Virus record (IMG/VR): IMGVR_UViG_2541047933_000011
Source of the DNA: a virus
Taxonomy: Duplodnaviria > Heunggongvirae > Uroviricota > Caudoviricetes
Length of the DNA stretch: 41,351 nt
Direction: 5' to 3' (one strand)
The notes under the pieces: generated by a model
Database searches by the model: none
What the model was told of the DNA's origin: nothing
What the model saw: only the letters and a program-made list of their open reading frames with translations
Made by a program: the position numbers and the translations under genes
In this document: piece by piece, positions 27,093-36,041 of the stretch
Layout: every line of letters starts with the position of its first letter
How positions within the stretch are numbered: the first letter of the stretch is position 1

Positions 27093-28568
27093 TTAAGCAT
27101 AAGGGTCATAATCCGTTATGGCCCTTCCCTGCTGGCTTTGCTGTCCAGGTATATTTATGCGTTTCGAGACCGGGAAAGCAAACGTCAGCAGTAGCGCATC
27201 GCCTTTACCAGGAGAACGCCCAAGTCGCTCTTTGATATCTTCCTTCGGTTCGATAACGATTTTACCGTCCACTCGAACTTTGTACTCTGCCGCCGACAGG
27301 TCGTCTGCTGTTTCCTGGTCATCCAGCATGCCGCCCAGCCTCAGCCATGTCTTGCATGAATTGAACATCTCCCCACGCTTGTTGAGCATCTGCGGGTCAG
27401 TAGACGCGCCACCGAACGGAACAAGTTGCCATGTACGACCCCAGCCGTCACCGATTGACTTCAAACCGGTTCCGTAACCGAAGTCGATGAACACCGCGTC
27501 AGCCTGATACTGGTCTTCAAAGTCAGCGATACGCTTCGCCATAATCAGATCGTCGGTAGTCTTGTTGCCAGTCCACAGCACCTTACTGTGTAGCCCCTGC
27601 CGCAGGTATATCACAGCGTCATCAACGCCGGAGTATGCCGGGTCAACGCCGATTATCACCGGAGCATGTGCAACCTGCGCAGCGGTTACCACCCGTTTCA
27701 TTGCCTCGTCAGTAAGACCGGTAGGGATAAACTGCAATTCAGATGCATCAGGGAATATGCCACGCACACGGATTTTAACGAAGTCGCTGTCTTCCCCGTA
27801 GTCATCAACCCATTTCTGCAACTGCTGTTTGTTAGTGCCTTCCACCGTCCGGCTGTCAATCTGCGCAGTTTTCCAGCGGTGTTTATATTTGCGGAAACAT
27901 TCGCGAAAACGCCCGGTGTTACGTGTAGGGTTTCCGAACGCCACCCAGATAATCTCAGTGTCTTCGTCCGTAAGCGCACCCTCGGCAACTTCCCACACCA
28001 GATCCGCAATGTTCGACGCTTCATCAAACACCACGATGATGCGTTTGCGCTCGTTGTGTAGTCCGGCGAATGCCTCGGTGTTGTGCTCAGACCAGGGTAT
28101 TGCGTCAGCCCGCCACCGCTTGTCGTGCCCTAGGTCATTGCTGTACATCGCGGTAGCGGTACAGGTAAACCAGTCTTTCGTGATAGCAAGGTTCGACCAC
28201 TTGATAATTTCCGGCCAGGTCTTCGTTCGTAGCTGGTTGTCGGTGTTGGCGGTCACCACGACCTTACAATCCTCGCAAGTGGACATGCCCCAGTTGATCA
28301 GCATTGAGATGAATGCGGATTTACCAATACCGTGACCAGAAGCGCGTGCCAGCATAAGCGGCTGATAGCGCGTCTCTGGATTCTGCAGGTGATCACGTAT
28401 CTCTCGGAACGCATCAGCCTGCCACTGACGTGGGCCGGTGGCATGTGCCAGTTCAGTCCCCTCTTCCCCCCATGGGAACGCATAGAGGGCATAGCCAAGC
28501 GGATCGTGAGTGAACCCTGCAATATCCTCGATTAACTGCTCTTCAGGAGATAACGCTGTATCTGTCAC
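27093..28568 (-). CDS. terminase large subunit
   Basis: 491 aa; Walker A ARASGHGIGKS; GTG start overlapping terS stop (GTGA). Confidence 0.85.
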   Translation of the reverse strand: MTDTALSPEEQLIEDIAGFTHDPLGYALYAFPWGEEGTELAHATGPRQWQADAFREIRDHLQNPETRYQPLMLARASGHGIGKSAFISMLINWGMSTCEDCKVVVTANTDNQLRTKTWPEIIKWSNLAITKDWFTCTATAMYSNDLGHDKRWRADAIPWSEHNTEAFAGLHNERKRIIVVFDEASNIADLVWEVAEGALTDEDTEIIWVAFGNPTRNTGRFRECFRKYKHRWKTAQIDSRTVEGTNKQQLQKWVDDYGEDSDFVKIRVRGIFPDASELQFIPTGLTDEAMKRVVTAAQVAHAPVIIGVDPAYSGVDDAVIYLRQGLHSKVLWTGNKTTDDLIMAKRIADFEDQYQADAVFIDFGYGTGLKSIGDGWGRTWQLVPFGGASTDPQMLNKRGEMFNSCKTWLRLGGMLDDQETADDLSAAEYKVRVDGKIVIEPKEDIKERLGRSPGKGDALLLTFAFPVSKRINIPGQQSQQGRAITDYDPYA

Positions 28569-29161
28569 TGATTGCCATCCTGACGTTCTTTCAGTCTCTT
28601 CCTGGCTGCCGCTATGCGATCAGCAATTGTCACATTCACATTAACATCCAGGCGTTCTTTGAATGCGTTGACGTCGACGTGCTTACCAATCAGTTCGAGG
28701 TTCTTCACCTTGTCAGGCCATTTAATTTTTTTGAGGATTGTCTCTATCGAATCCTCGTTCATGTTCATGATGGTCGATGACAGATCAAAGCCACTAAGCG
28801 TAGTGCGCCAGATTTTCGGCCACTCGCGGATTGGCTTAAGGCTCCCATCGTCGTTGAGGATGTCGATCACGTCCATCTGGTCGATCTCCACCAGGCGCAT
28901 GAGAACGTAATCAGCACTGACGCGCATTCGTTTGTTGCGCTCTTCCATCAGCTCGGCAATCCGTTTTTGAATGCGTTCATCGCGCATCATGAGACTGGCT
29001 TTAACTGCCGCTGTATTTGGGGAGAATCCTGCGTTAATCGCAGCCTGAGTCTGGTTTTCAGGCGTTTGGATGTATGACTGGCAATAAGCCTCCTGCATTG
29101 CTGTTAGTGGCTTAAATTGCGTTGATTTGCGTTTATAGGTTTTAGGTTCAGCAGGCATCAT
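28565..29161 (-). CDS. terminase small subunit
   Basis: about 199 aa from ATG 29161; HTH-like NQTQAAINAGFS; directly upstream of terL. Confidence 0.65.
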   Translation of the reverse strand: MMPAEPKTYKRKSTQFKPLTAMQEAYCQSYIQTPENQTQAAINAGFSPNTAAVKASLMMRDERIQKRIAELMEERNKRMRVSADYVLMRLVEIDQMDVIDILNDDGSLKPIREWPKIWRTTLSGFDLSSTIMNMNEDSIETILKKIKWPDKVKNLELIGKHVDVNAFKERLDVNVNVTIADRIAAARKRLKERQDGNQ

Positions 29162-29177
29162 AACCACCGTGGTAATA

Positions 29178-29194
29178 GTTACCGTTGTGGTAAT
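29178..29194. promoter_or_regulatory. operator-like palindrome gTTACC-gttgt-GGTAAt inside an 11-bp direct repeat (GTGGTAATAGT x2)
   Basis: core exact; 17 bp upstream of terS ATG. Confidence 0.55.
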
Positions 29195-29235
29195 AGTACC
29201 ATGCAAAATAAAGCCGCCATAGTTGGCGGCAGTAT

Positions 29236-29448
29236 TCAAAGTCCATCAAATTCATCGTAAAAACTCTCGTCAAGATACCCTTCCCATTTACCGCGAATGA
29301 AAATTACATCCTCGCCGCAAGGGTGCTGACTGTCGATAACTATATCCCTCCTGGCGCAACCATACTTATGCATGAGAAATTTAACCTCTTTCGGAAAATT
29401 TGCTGAGTTATCTCTCATATCTTCAAGGTCGTAGCGTATTTTTGGCAT
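29236..29448 (-). CDS. small protein upstream of terS
   Basis: 70 aa from ATG 29448 with AAGGTG RBS. Confidence 0.5.
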   Translation of the reverse strand: MPKIRYDLEDMRDNSANFPKEVKFLMHKYGCARRDIVIDSQHPCGEDVIFIRGKWEGYLDESFYDEFDGL

Positions 29449-29470
29449 AACACCTTCGTGACATGTCACA
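29447..29470. repeat. direct repeat copy 2: ATAACACC-ttc-GTGACATGTCACA
   Basis: matches 26999..27019 apart from a 3-nt insertion; overlaps start of 29236..29448 and stop of 29466..29804. Confidence 0.7.
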
Positions 29471-29804
29471 CTATTAATTTCGTTTCATGCCAGCCTTTAG
29501 TCACCCAGCATTGCGAGTCACCATTACACGGGCATGAATTAACGGGAACTCTCTCGCCGCACTTACCGCAAAGTTTTCTGCTGATCGATTTTATACGCCC
29601 GCGCACACGTGCATCATCCTGGCGGATCAGCAGCGCGATGTACTCGGCCATTTCATAGGGATCGTGACCAGGGCGCCGGGCGGCGCAGTTCCGCGCCAGC
29701 ATTTCCTGCTCCTGCTTATCCAGCACCAGTTCAATTTTGCGCTCACCGGCGGCGGACTGCCGAGCGCGCTGCGCGGCTTTGCGCTCTGCTGCTGATTTAG
29801 CCAT
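29466..29804 (-). CDS. protein with C-terminal Cys cluster (zinc-binding; possible late regulator by position)
   Basis: 112 aa from ATG 29804 with AAGGTG RBS; C-terminus CGKCGERVPVNSCPCNGDSQC. Confidence 0.5.
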   Translation of the reverse strand: MAKSAAERKAAQRARQSAAGERKIELVLDKQEQEMLARNCAARRPGHDPYEMAEYIALLIRQDDARVRGRIKSISRKLCGKCGERVPVNSCPCNGDSQCWVTKGWHETKLIV

Positions 29805-30078
29805 CAATATTCACCTTTATAGCGAACACCTTTACCGGTTTATCGCCGAAGTGCGGATGTGTGATTGTCTTGATTTCATATCCGTCATACGGGACGTCAA
29901 TTCTGCGGCTGGAATCGTCGCGCTTCGGATATCCCTTTGTGATAATCAGGCGGTCATACTCGCGGAACATAATTCGCTTATTCCAGTAGTCATTACACAG
30001 GCGATACTCTTCCGTTTTCTCTCCGCGAATCATGGCATCGAAGTATTCACCTTTAACGGCAAGTTGCAGGTTAGCCAC
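29797..30078 (-). CDS. ASCH/DUF3850-like small protein
   Basis: 93 aa; AGGAGG RBS before GTG start; pattern GEYFDAMIRGEKTEEYR resembles DUF3850 (recalled). Confidence 0.5.
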   Translation of the reverse strand: MANLQLAVKGEYFDAMIRGEKTEEYRLCNDYWNKRIMFREYDRLIITKGYPKRDDSSRRIDVPYDGYEIKTITHPHFGDKPVKVFAIKVNIDG

Positions 30079-30355
30079 GACCTTCCTCCTTTGGCTTGTG
30101 AATTTGTATCGTCATGCCGCTTTGAGTGGTGACTACAACGACAGAACCAGGCTGAAGACTGTTAAGATTGAATGCTTCGTAAAACGAAGCCAAGGCCAGC
30201 GCTTTTTTATTCTTTCGGTTCCACCAACGCCATCCATTGCTACAGGCTACACTGACAATCCACTGTCCACTCCTGTAAGCCATATAAAACCAGATGAGCA
30301 AAACCTGAATGAATGCTATCCAGTCAATAATCGTATATTTCGCGAAGGAGACCAT
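30071..30355 (-). CDS. small membrane protein, unknown
   Basis: 94 aa from ATG 30355; N-terminal TM segment. Confidence 0.45.
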   Translation of the reverse strand: MVSFAKYTIIDWIAFIQVLLIWFYMAYRSGQWIVSVACSNGWRWWNRKNKKALALASFYEAFNLNSLQPGSVVVVTTQSGMTIQIHKPKEEGRG

Positions 30356-31104
30356 CAATTAACCTCCTGCGGCGGTTCCGGTAGAGGCATCCAGTACAAG
30401 GCGTTCCCTAACCACGATAAAGTGCCGTCGCTCAACTCCACGTATTCCCCTTGTACCTGTCCTGCCATATACTCGCCGTGCTTTGAATAAATTAAAATCC
30501 AATCATCTTGAGCGGGCATTCGCTCACTACAGCTTATCCAACCATCCGGAGTTACCGGATAGTTGCCAGCCTGAACAGTAGGCATATCAGGACCTTTGCG
30601 AATCGCCCTGGCAAGATCGATTGGGTCGTCGTACAACCAGTCACCTGTTTGCGGATGATTGGCTTCTGCCAATTGTGCAGCCCACTCCAGGCCGTCTTTG
30701 TGTCCTTGCAGATAGTCCAGCGGTAACTCATCACTATTACTTACAGGTTCGGCCTGAAGCATGGCGGCGCGGCAGGCGTTCCAGCCTCTCACCTCTGCAA
30801 TAGCGGCAACAGCATCGACCGCGTACATTTTAAGAGGGTTAGGCATTGGTTTTTCTTCAGGTACTACTGGCACTGGAGGGGCGGCATAAACAGGAATAAC
30901 GTCCGATTGCTCTTTATTGCTTTCATCCGTCAAAGCCCAGAATAATTTCCCGGCCGGATGTTTGAAAATATAAGCAACTGGATCTGCTTCCAGCGATGCC
31001 AGTGCAATTTCATAAGCCCGGCGTTCAATATTGTCTCGAACGTCCAGGCTGCTGATACGCTCTTTGATTTCTTTAATCAGTTCTTTGTCGGTAAAAGTAG
31101 TCAT
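30355..31104 (-). CDS. DUF551 domain protein
   Basis: 249 aa; C-terminal YWMPLPEPP motif; GAGG RBS. Confidence 0.6.
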   Translation of the reverse strand: MTTFTDKELIKEIKERISSLDVRDNIERRAYEIALASLEADPVAYIFKHPAGKLFWALTDESNKEQSDVIPVYAAPPVPVVPEEKPMPNPLKMYAVDAVAAIAEVRGWNACRAAMLQAEPVSNSDELPLDYLQGHKDGLEWAAQLAEANHPQTGDWLYDDPIDLARAIRKGPDMPTVQAGNYPVTPDGWISCSERMPAQDDWILIYSKHGEYMAGQVQGEYVELSDGTLSWLGNALYWMPLPEPPQEVN

Positions 31105-31107
31105 GTG

Positions 31108-31395
31108 TTAGTCCTCATCCACTTCAACGCCATCTTTCAGCGTGATGCCGTGCCAATCATCAGCCCAACTGGTTAGCCCTGGCGCATCAATGCTAGGCAT
31201 ATAAACGCTTGCAGTGTGGTAGCCCTTATCGTTATCAATGCTGGCAACGTGCTCGCCGTTGTATGCGCTCAGCGTGTCCAGGACGCTATAAAACTTTCCT
31301 CCGGCTGCCCTGAAATCCTTTACAGCCTTCACAAGGCGATTCCACGCTTTTTCCTGTTCTGGCGTCAGGTCGATTAATTCCTGCAAAGTTGCCAT
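31108..31395 (-). CDS. hypothetical phage protein
   Basis: 95 aa from ATG 31395 with AGGAG RBS. Confidence 0.5.
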   Translation of the reverse strand: MATLQELIDLTPEQEKAWNRLVKAVKDFRAAGGKFYSVLDTLSAYNGEHVASIDNDKGYHTASVYMPSIDAPGLTSWADDWHGITLKDGVEVDED

Positions 31396-31396
31396 A

Positions 31397-32053
31397 TCAC
31401 TCTCCTTTGATGCCAATGTTTACAGCCTGACAAGCCTCTTTGAGCACCCAGTCAACAGCGTCTTTCCATGCTCCGGTTTCGACTGGCGGATTTTCACGCT
31501 TAACCTGTTCATAGAAGCGCACTGCTTTAACCAGTCCTTCCGGTACTACTGGCGATGGTTGTTTAGCTTCTAAATCAGCAATTCTGTCAACCACGACATC
31601 TACGGCATCTGAAAAGCCGAACCAGTTACTCCACTCCGGCCTATCCCCGGTTGCTGCAAAGTACATATCAGCTAAAGCAGACTCAGCATGGTCACGCTCA
31701 TCGATGAGTTGCTCTTCGCTTTTCTCCAGTTCAGCAATACGCTTACTCCCATCCGAGATAACACCTTCGTAATACTCACGCTGCTCGTTGAGTTTTGATT
31801 TTGTCTCCTCAAGCTCAACTCTCAGCTTCCCTACCGTTAGCGCAATATCCTCGTTCTCCTGGTCGCGGCGTTTGATGTATTGCTGGTTTCTTTCCAGTTC
31901 ATCCAGCAGTGCCAGCGCGATATCTGGCGAAAAGTGCTTCATAAAATCGTTAAGCGCATTAATTCGCTGATCGAAGGGCATTACAGGTGCTTCACCAGCA
32001 ATTTTTGTTTTTTCAGCGATTTCACGAAGCTTTTGATAATCAATCTTGCTCAC
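31397..32053 (-). CDS. Ead/Ea22-like protein
   Basis: 218 aa; N-terminus MSKIDYQKLREIAEK typical of Ea22-like family (recalled); AGGAGG RBS with GTG start. Confidence 0.6.
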   Translation of the reverse strand: MSKIDYQKLREIAEKTKIAGEAPVMPFDQRINALNDFMKHFSPDIALALLDELERNQQYIKRRDQENEDIALTVGKLRVELEETKSKLNEQREYYEGVISDGSKRIAELEKSEEQLIDERDHAESALADMYFAATGDRPEWSNWFGFSDAVDVVVDRIADLEAKQPSPVVPEGLVKAVRFYEQVKRENPPVETGAWKDAVDWVLKEACQAVNIGIKGE

Positions 32054-32568
32054 TGGTTGCCTCCTTTGCGAAGCTGGGCAGCAAAGTCAACTAACCACTC
32101 AGTCATTTCAACCTTCCCTACCAGGTCTGAACCAGGGTGCATACAGCAATCACTCTGCGCCGCTTTGAAATCCTTATACTCATATTCTTGGGCCACCAGA
32201 TTTTTTGCAGCTTCTATAGCAGCATCCACCCCCTGCGCCCGCACTTCAGACAGGAAAGCATCGGTGGCTGGCATATTTCCTGTTGCCTTCATTGCCTCCA
32301 AAATAACCAGAACGCCATCTCGCCCAATCTCCTCGCAGATAACCTCGGTGCTGTCGCCAACAACATCGCAAAATGCCTGAACTGCTTTACGAGCCAGCGC
32401 ATTCTCCGCAGCCAGCGCATTAGCACGCACCAGTTGCACTTCCAGTTGCGTTGCCAAATAGCTGATCAGCTTTGCCACACTGCGCATATCAACGGCACCA
32501 CATTCTGCTTTCAGTTCCGAAGCCATCTCATGCCCGGCGGCAACTAACCCTTTGATATTACTTTCCAT
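32050..32568 (-). CDS. hypothetical early protein
   Basis: 172 aa; GAGGG RBS. Confidence 0.55.
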   Translation of the reverse strand: MESNIKGLVAAGHEMASELKAECGAVDMRSVAKLISYLATQLEVQLVRANALAAENALARKAVQAFCDVVGDSTEVICEEIGRDGVLVILEAMKATGNMPATDAFLSEVRAQGVDAAIEAAKNLVAQEYEYKDFKAAQSDCCMHPGSDLVGKVEMTEWLVDFAAQLRKGGNQ

Positions 32569-32629
32569 CTTTACCCTCGCTTATCCACATAACTTATTGA
32601 TTACATTGATAACTAAAAAGATCGTCGAT

Positions 32630-32977
32630 TCAGAACTCTTCGATGTTCCAGCCACCACCTGCTTTCTTTGGCTTAACCGTTACCCCGATGATTCGGAACG
32701 GATACTGATCTGCGGCGACTTTGGTTTTCACTCTGGCGTCATCGGTCCAGAATCCCCCTTTCACTTCGTGCAGTTCCATCTCGCCGGTGGCGAGCATCAC
32801 AGCAAAATCTGGCGTATAGAACGTGTTGTCAGCTAACCGCAGCTTGATACCCTCAAATCGATACCAGACGATTTCTCCTGCACGTTTACGCAGCTCAAGG
32901 TGCTGGCAATACGCAGATTCTGTTTTGTTCATCTGGCCTGTTTTGAGTCGACCAAGAGCCTGCATCTGTTTTCTCAT
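32630..32977 (-). CDS. PD-(D/E)xK nuclease-like small protein (DUF1064-like)
   Basis: 115 aa; motif YTPDF...ELHEVKG; RBS overlapped by operator 32980..32996. Confidence 0.5.
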   Translation of the reverse strand: MRKQMQALGRLKTGQMNKTESAYCQHLELRKRAGEIVWYRFEGIKLRLADNTFYTPDFAVMLATGEMELHEVKGGFWTDDARVKTKVAADQYPFRIIGVTVKPKKAGGGWNIEEF

Positions 32978-32979
32978 GA

Positions 32980-32996
32980 TTTACCCCTTAGGTAAT
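32980..32996. promoter_or_regulatory. operator-like palindrome tTTACC-cctta-GGTAAT
   Basis: core exact; overlaps RBS of 32630..32977. Confidence 0.55.
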
Positions 32997-33041
32997 TAAA
33001 AACCACATAAGACACGAAATCAATAGATTTTAGAATATTTT

Positions 33042-33058
33042 ATTACCTCTAAGGTAAT
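33042..33058. promoter_or_regulatory. operator-like palindrome ATTACC-tctaa-GGTAAT (perfect)
   Basis: exact; 65 bp upstream of ATG 32977, inside the early operon. Confidence 0.6.
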
Positions 33059-33094
33059 TATCGAGACGTAAAAAAATGCGCTATCGCGCTGGTA

Positions 33095-33877
33095 TTACTT
33101 GATAAATCCTGACGCCTTTCCCCGCCTGTATTCCTCCATCAGCCACTGCGCCGGTGTTATTCCCCCAAGGGTGGCGGCGTTAGGCATGCACCCGAAACTT
33201 CGCCCTGGTGGATGGTAAACGTCTCTCCCTGTGTCCGGAGGCGTACTCATGGGTTCTGGCTTTGCCTGTATGCTGATCACCGGATCGGGTATCTGCTGTC
33301 CGGAAGCCACCTTTTTCGCCCAATCATCGAGCAGCCTGCGCGCGTGTTTCTCAACCTCAATCTCGCTAAGCTGGCGCTGATACATTGCACGGCGGGTATC
33401 ACATACGACCCAGTACATAACCGGATGTCGCCACGGGAATCTTTCGGGACCACCAGGATATAAACTTTTTTCCTTGCTGTACCGGTGAAACTCCGCCATC
33501 ACATCGTCAATGGTGACGCCAAGAACCATCTTGCTGTCTTTACACCACTTGATGAATTGCCCTGGCGACGGCCAGAACGGAGACTCACTGGCGCGGGCGT
33601 GGCGCATACCAGCGTTAACCTGTTCCATTGTTGTGATCCCATTCTCCAGAAACGCAAGCATCCATTGTTTTCGAAATTCGTTTAGCTTTCCTTGCTCGCT
33701 GATAGCAGCGATGCTGCCTGGAAATGCAGCCTGTAACTGGACAAACATTTCGTTGAAAATTCTTGCAACCTGCTCCTTCTTTGCCCTTTCATCGTCAGCA
33801 GAAGCAACCGCCGTCGAGTGGTCATGCCCACCACGAAAGCGATCGTACTCATTAAGAAGTTCTGGAGTTGATTTCAT
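33095..33877 (-). CDS. replication protein P-like (helicase loader)
   Basis: about 260 aa from ATG 33877; ITTMEQVNAGMRHARASESPFWPSPGQFIKWCKD closely matches lambda P (recalled). Confidence 0.8.
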   Translation of the reverse strand: MKSTPELLNEYDRFRGGHDHSTAVASADDERAKKEQVARIFNEMFVQLQAAFPGSIAAISEQGKLNEFRKQWMLAFLENGITTMEQVNAGMRHARASESPFWPSPGQFIKWCKDSKMVLGVTIDDVMAEFHRYSKEKSLYPGGPERFPWRHPVMYWVVCDTRRAMYQRQLSEIEVEKHARRLLDDWAKKVASGQQIPDPVISIQAKPEPMSTPPDTGRDVYHPPGRSFGCMPNAATLGGITPAQWLMEEYRRGKASGFIK

Positions 33878-34685
33878 CCCACACCTCATCTATCCAGTCA
33901 GTGTTATGCCAGTCAAGGCTCTTTCTGACTTCACCTGATTTCTGTCTACAGAACTGGATGCGCCTTGCCAGCTTCTGCTCCCACTGTGCCTGATGGTATG
34001 CCTTACCCTCAGCCATCCAGTAAATTCTGAACTCTGCAAGTTCCTGTGCCGTTGGCAGACTGTCCAGGTAGATTCCCTGCAATGAGCTTTTCCGAAGAAA
34101 GTCATCTGATGGCTGCCATTGTTCATGCATGACAAATTTGCCTAATTGCCCTGGCCCACCAGGAGGAACAAAGTTATTCATCACGGCGTTGTTTGCGCCG
34201 GGGTCATGAGGCACAGAATCCCCGGTTTTTGTCCTGCTCTCCCTCTCTTGGTTAAATGACTGGTTATATGACTGGTTCTGGATCCCGTTTTTGGGATCAT
34301 TCAACATCCCGTTTTTGGGATCATTCAACATCCCGTTTTTGGGTATATTCCCGTTTTCGGTAACATTACCGTTTTCGGGTTCATTGCCCCCCTCCCGGTT
34401 GCCTTTAATGTTCCCGTTTTTGGTTATATTAAGAGAGAAAACCCGCACTCTTTTTGTCGCTCCCTTTCTCTCTCCGGTATCTGAAATAAGCCCCATTTTC
34501 ATGAGCGATATAAGCCCGGCCTGCACGGTTTTTTTATTCAGGCAAGTGTCTTTAACGAGGCGTTCTATGCTGGGGTAGCAGAGGTTATATTCATCGGCTC
34601 TGTCAGCCATCGAGAGCAGTATGAGCTTTAATGATGAGCTACCTGGATCTGTCTCCCAGGCCCAATCTGTTGCATGTCTGCTCAT
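33852..34685 (-). CDS. replication initiator O-like (N-terminal HTH, iteron-encoding linker)
   Basis: 277 aa; GGAG RBS; N-terminal HTH; NGN/KNG repeats encoded by the iteron array. Confidence 0.7.
   Translation of the reverse strand: MSRHATDWAWETDPGSSSLKLILLSMADRADEYNLCYPSIERLVKDTCLNKKTVQAGLISLMKMGLISDTGERKGATKRVRVFSLNITKNGNIKGNREGGNEPENGNVTENGNIPKNGMLNDPKNGMLNDPKNGIQNQSYNQSFNQERESRTKTGDSVPHDPGANNAVMNNFVPPGGPGQLGKFVMHEQWQPSDDFLRKSSLQGIYLDSLPTAQELAEFRIYWMAEGKAYHQAQWEQKLARRIQFCRQKSGEVRKSLDWHNTDWIDEVWDEINSRTS
34282..34425. repeat. iteron array / replication origin inside O-like gene
   Basis: six copies of palindromic ATCCCGTTTT(T)GGGAT-like unit at 18-24 bp spacing, including an exact 24-bp tandem duplication (34282-34305 and 34306-34329). 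Confidence 0.7.
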
Positions 34686-34700
34686 GATTAATCTCCGCTA

Positions 34701-34901
34701 TCAGCTTGAGTGTTGTGGGGAGGAATTAATCATGATCTGCTTAATCTCTGCCCTGATGCGACGGTTTGATTCCATGGTGCACTCAACACAGTGTCCGTTG
34801 TAAACCCAGCGTTCACTGTCATGTCCATGCTTACATGGTTTTCCGGTGTAGTAGCGTTTAAGTCCGCGCTTTGCGGCATCAATACGTGTAATGATTTCCA
34901 T
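34701..34901 (-). CDS. small zinc-finger protein (between cro-like and O genes)
   Basis: about 66 aa from ATG 34901; KPCKHGH...GHCVEC; start ambiguous (34937 and 34964 are alternatives). Confidence 0.4.
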   Translation of the reverse strand: MEIITRIDAAKRGLKRYYTGKPCKHGHDSERWVYNGHCVECTMESNRRIRAEIKQIMINSSPQHSS

Positions 34902-34980
34902 GGTAAGCCCTGTTATTAGTATTGGGATTACGGTCATTTTGTGCTGACACAAAAAAAAGATCAACCAGATTTGGTTTTTT

Positions 34981-34997
34981 ATTACCTTTGAGGTACG
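34981..34997. promoter_or_regulatory. degenerate operator-like palindrome ATTACC-tttga-GGTACg
   Basis: one core mismatch. Confidence 0.4.
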
Positions 34998-35051
34998 AAT
35001 AGATATGAAAAGACCGCCGGGTGGCGGTCTACAGAGGGTTGTAGCTGGATA

Positions 35052-35282
35052 TCATGAGTAGAAGAAGTATGCCAGTTCTGCTTTTGAGCGCAGCCATTGT
35101 CTTGTTTTACAGGCTTTAAAAAGCCCATTCATCAATACCTTACCTGGCATTTTGCGCTTACCTGTTAAGTGAGTCTGGATATAGTGACTCGTCGTTCCGG
35201 CTTCCTGTGCGAAGGCTTCACGCTCATCCGGAGTAAGTGCAAGCCAGTGCTTTTTGAAATCGAAATGTCCGTTATCGCTCAT
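35052..35282 (-). CDS. Cro-like HTH regulator
   Basis: 76 aa; HTH segment EAFAQEAGTTSHYIQTHLTG; divergent from repressor gene across operator cluster. Confidence 0.6.
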   Translation of the reverse strand: MSDNGHFDFKKHWLALTPDEREAFAQEAGTTSHYIQTHLTGKRKMPGKVLMNGLFKACKTRQWLRSKAELAYFFYS

Positions 35283-35317
35283 AGCTATTGCCTGATATTT
35301 ATTTCAGATAATAAATA

Positions 35318-35334
35318 TTCACCCATAAGGTAAC
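35318..35334. promoter_or_regulatory. degenerate operator-like site tTCACC-cataa-GGTAAc
   Basis: one core mismatch; immunity intergenic region. Confidence 0.4.
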
Positions 35335-35348
35335 AAAAATCAAGGATA

Positions 35349-35365
35349 GTTACCTACGGGGTGCA
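35349..35365. promoter_or_regulatory. degenerate operator-like site gTTACC-tacgg-GGTGCa
   Basis: two core mismatches; abuts next site. Confidence 0.35.
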
Positions 35366-35382
35366 TTTACCTGTTGGGTAAT
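35366..35382. promoter_or_regulatory. operator-like palindrome tTTACC-tgttg-GGTAAT
   Basis: core exact; 55 bp upstream of repressor ATG. Confidence 0.55.
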
Positions 35383-35436
35383 ATTGCTTTAAATTGAATC
35401 ATCTACTGATTCATATATGAGGCGATTTTCCAGAAA

Positions 35437-36021
35437 ATGAAAAGTATCCAGGACGTCCGCAGGCAAAATCTCAACGACTTGATCGACCGTGAATTCAATG
35501 GTGTTCAGACGCGGATGGCAGAAAAACTTGGAACTCAGGCAAATCTGGTAAACCGCTGGGCTCTTGGCAAGAAGGTTATCGGCGACCAGGTTGCACGAAA
35601 AATTGAAGCTGCCGCCAATAAACCCCGTAACTGGCTTGATATTGATCGTTCGCTTTCTCAGGAGGGTTTTCAGCCTGTCGGCCCGAGCGATATAGGTCAG
35701 CTGGCGGCTCACAACCTGGAACGCTGGATGAGCGAAAGCCGCGACCTTTCAACACAGGGAAAACTTCACCGCGCATCCGGCGTCGCCCAGGTGACAATCA
35801 GCCGCCTGTTAAACAATGAGGTCAGCGTTTCCATTTCCACTCTGGAGAATGTTGCATCCGCATTCGGGCGTCACGGATATGAACTACTGATTCACCCGCA
35901 CGACCCTGCGACTATCAACTATGACCGCTCACGCTACGCATTGTTACCCGAAACCGAGAAAGCAAAGATCGAAAGTTACATTGAATTTGTCATCAACCAG
36001 AACGAAAAAAGCAAACAATAA
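35437..36021 (+). CDS. prophage repressor candidate with two XRE-type HTH domains and no peptidase domain
   Basis: 194 aa; HTH-1 QTRMAEKLGTQANLVNRW, HTH-2 SGVAQVTISRLLNNEVS; no S24 Ala-Gly/Ser-Lys region; no strong SD. Confidence 0.6.
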   Translation: MKSIQDVRRQNLNDLIDREFNGVQTRMAEKLGTQANLVNRWALGKKVIGDQVARKIEAAANKPRNWLDIDRSLSQEGFQPVGPSDIGQLAAHNLERWMSESRDLSTQGKLHRASGVAQVTISRLLNNEVSVSISTLENVASAFGRHGYELLIHPHDPATINYDRSRYALLPETEKAKIESYIEFVINQNEKSKQ

Positions 36022-36041
36022 AACTATAGTTTTCAGTAAGT

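Noticed and set aside
34282-34425. CRISPR array
   Set aside because: Repeats are 18-24 bp apart with no unique spacers, lie inside the O-like coding sequence and are themselves palindromic; iterons fit better.
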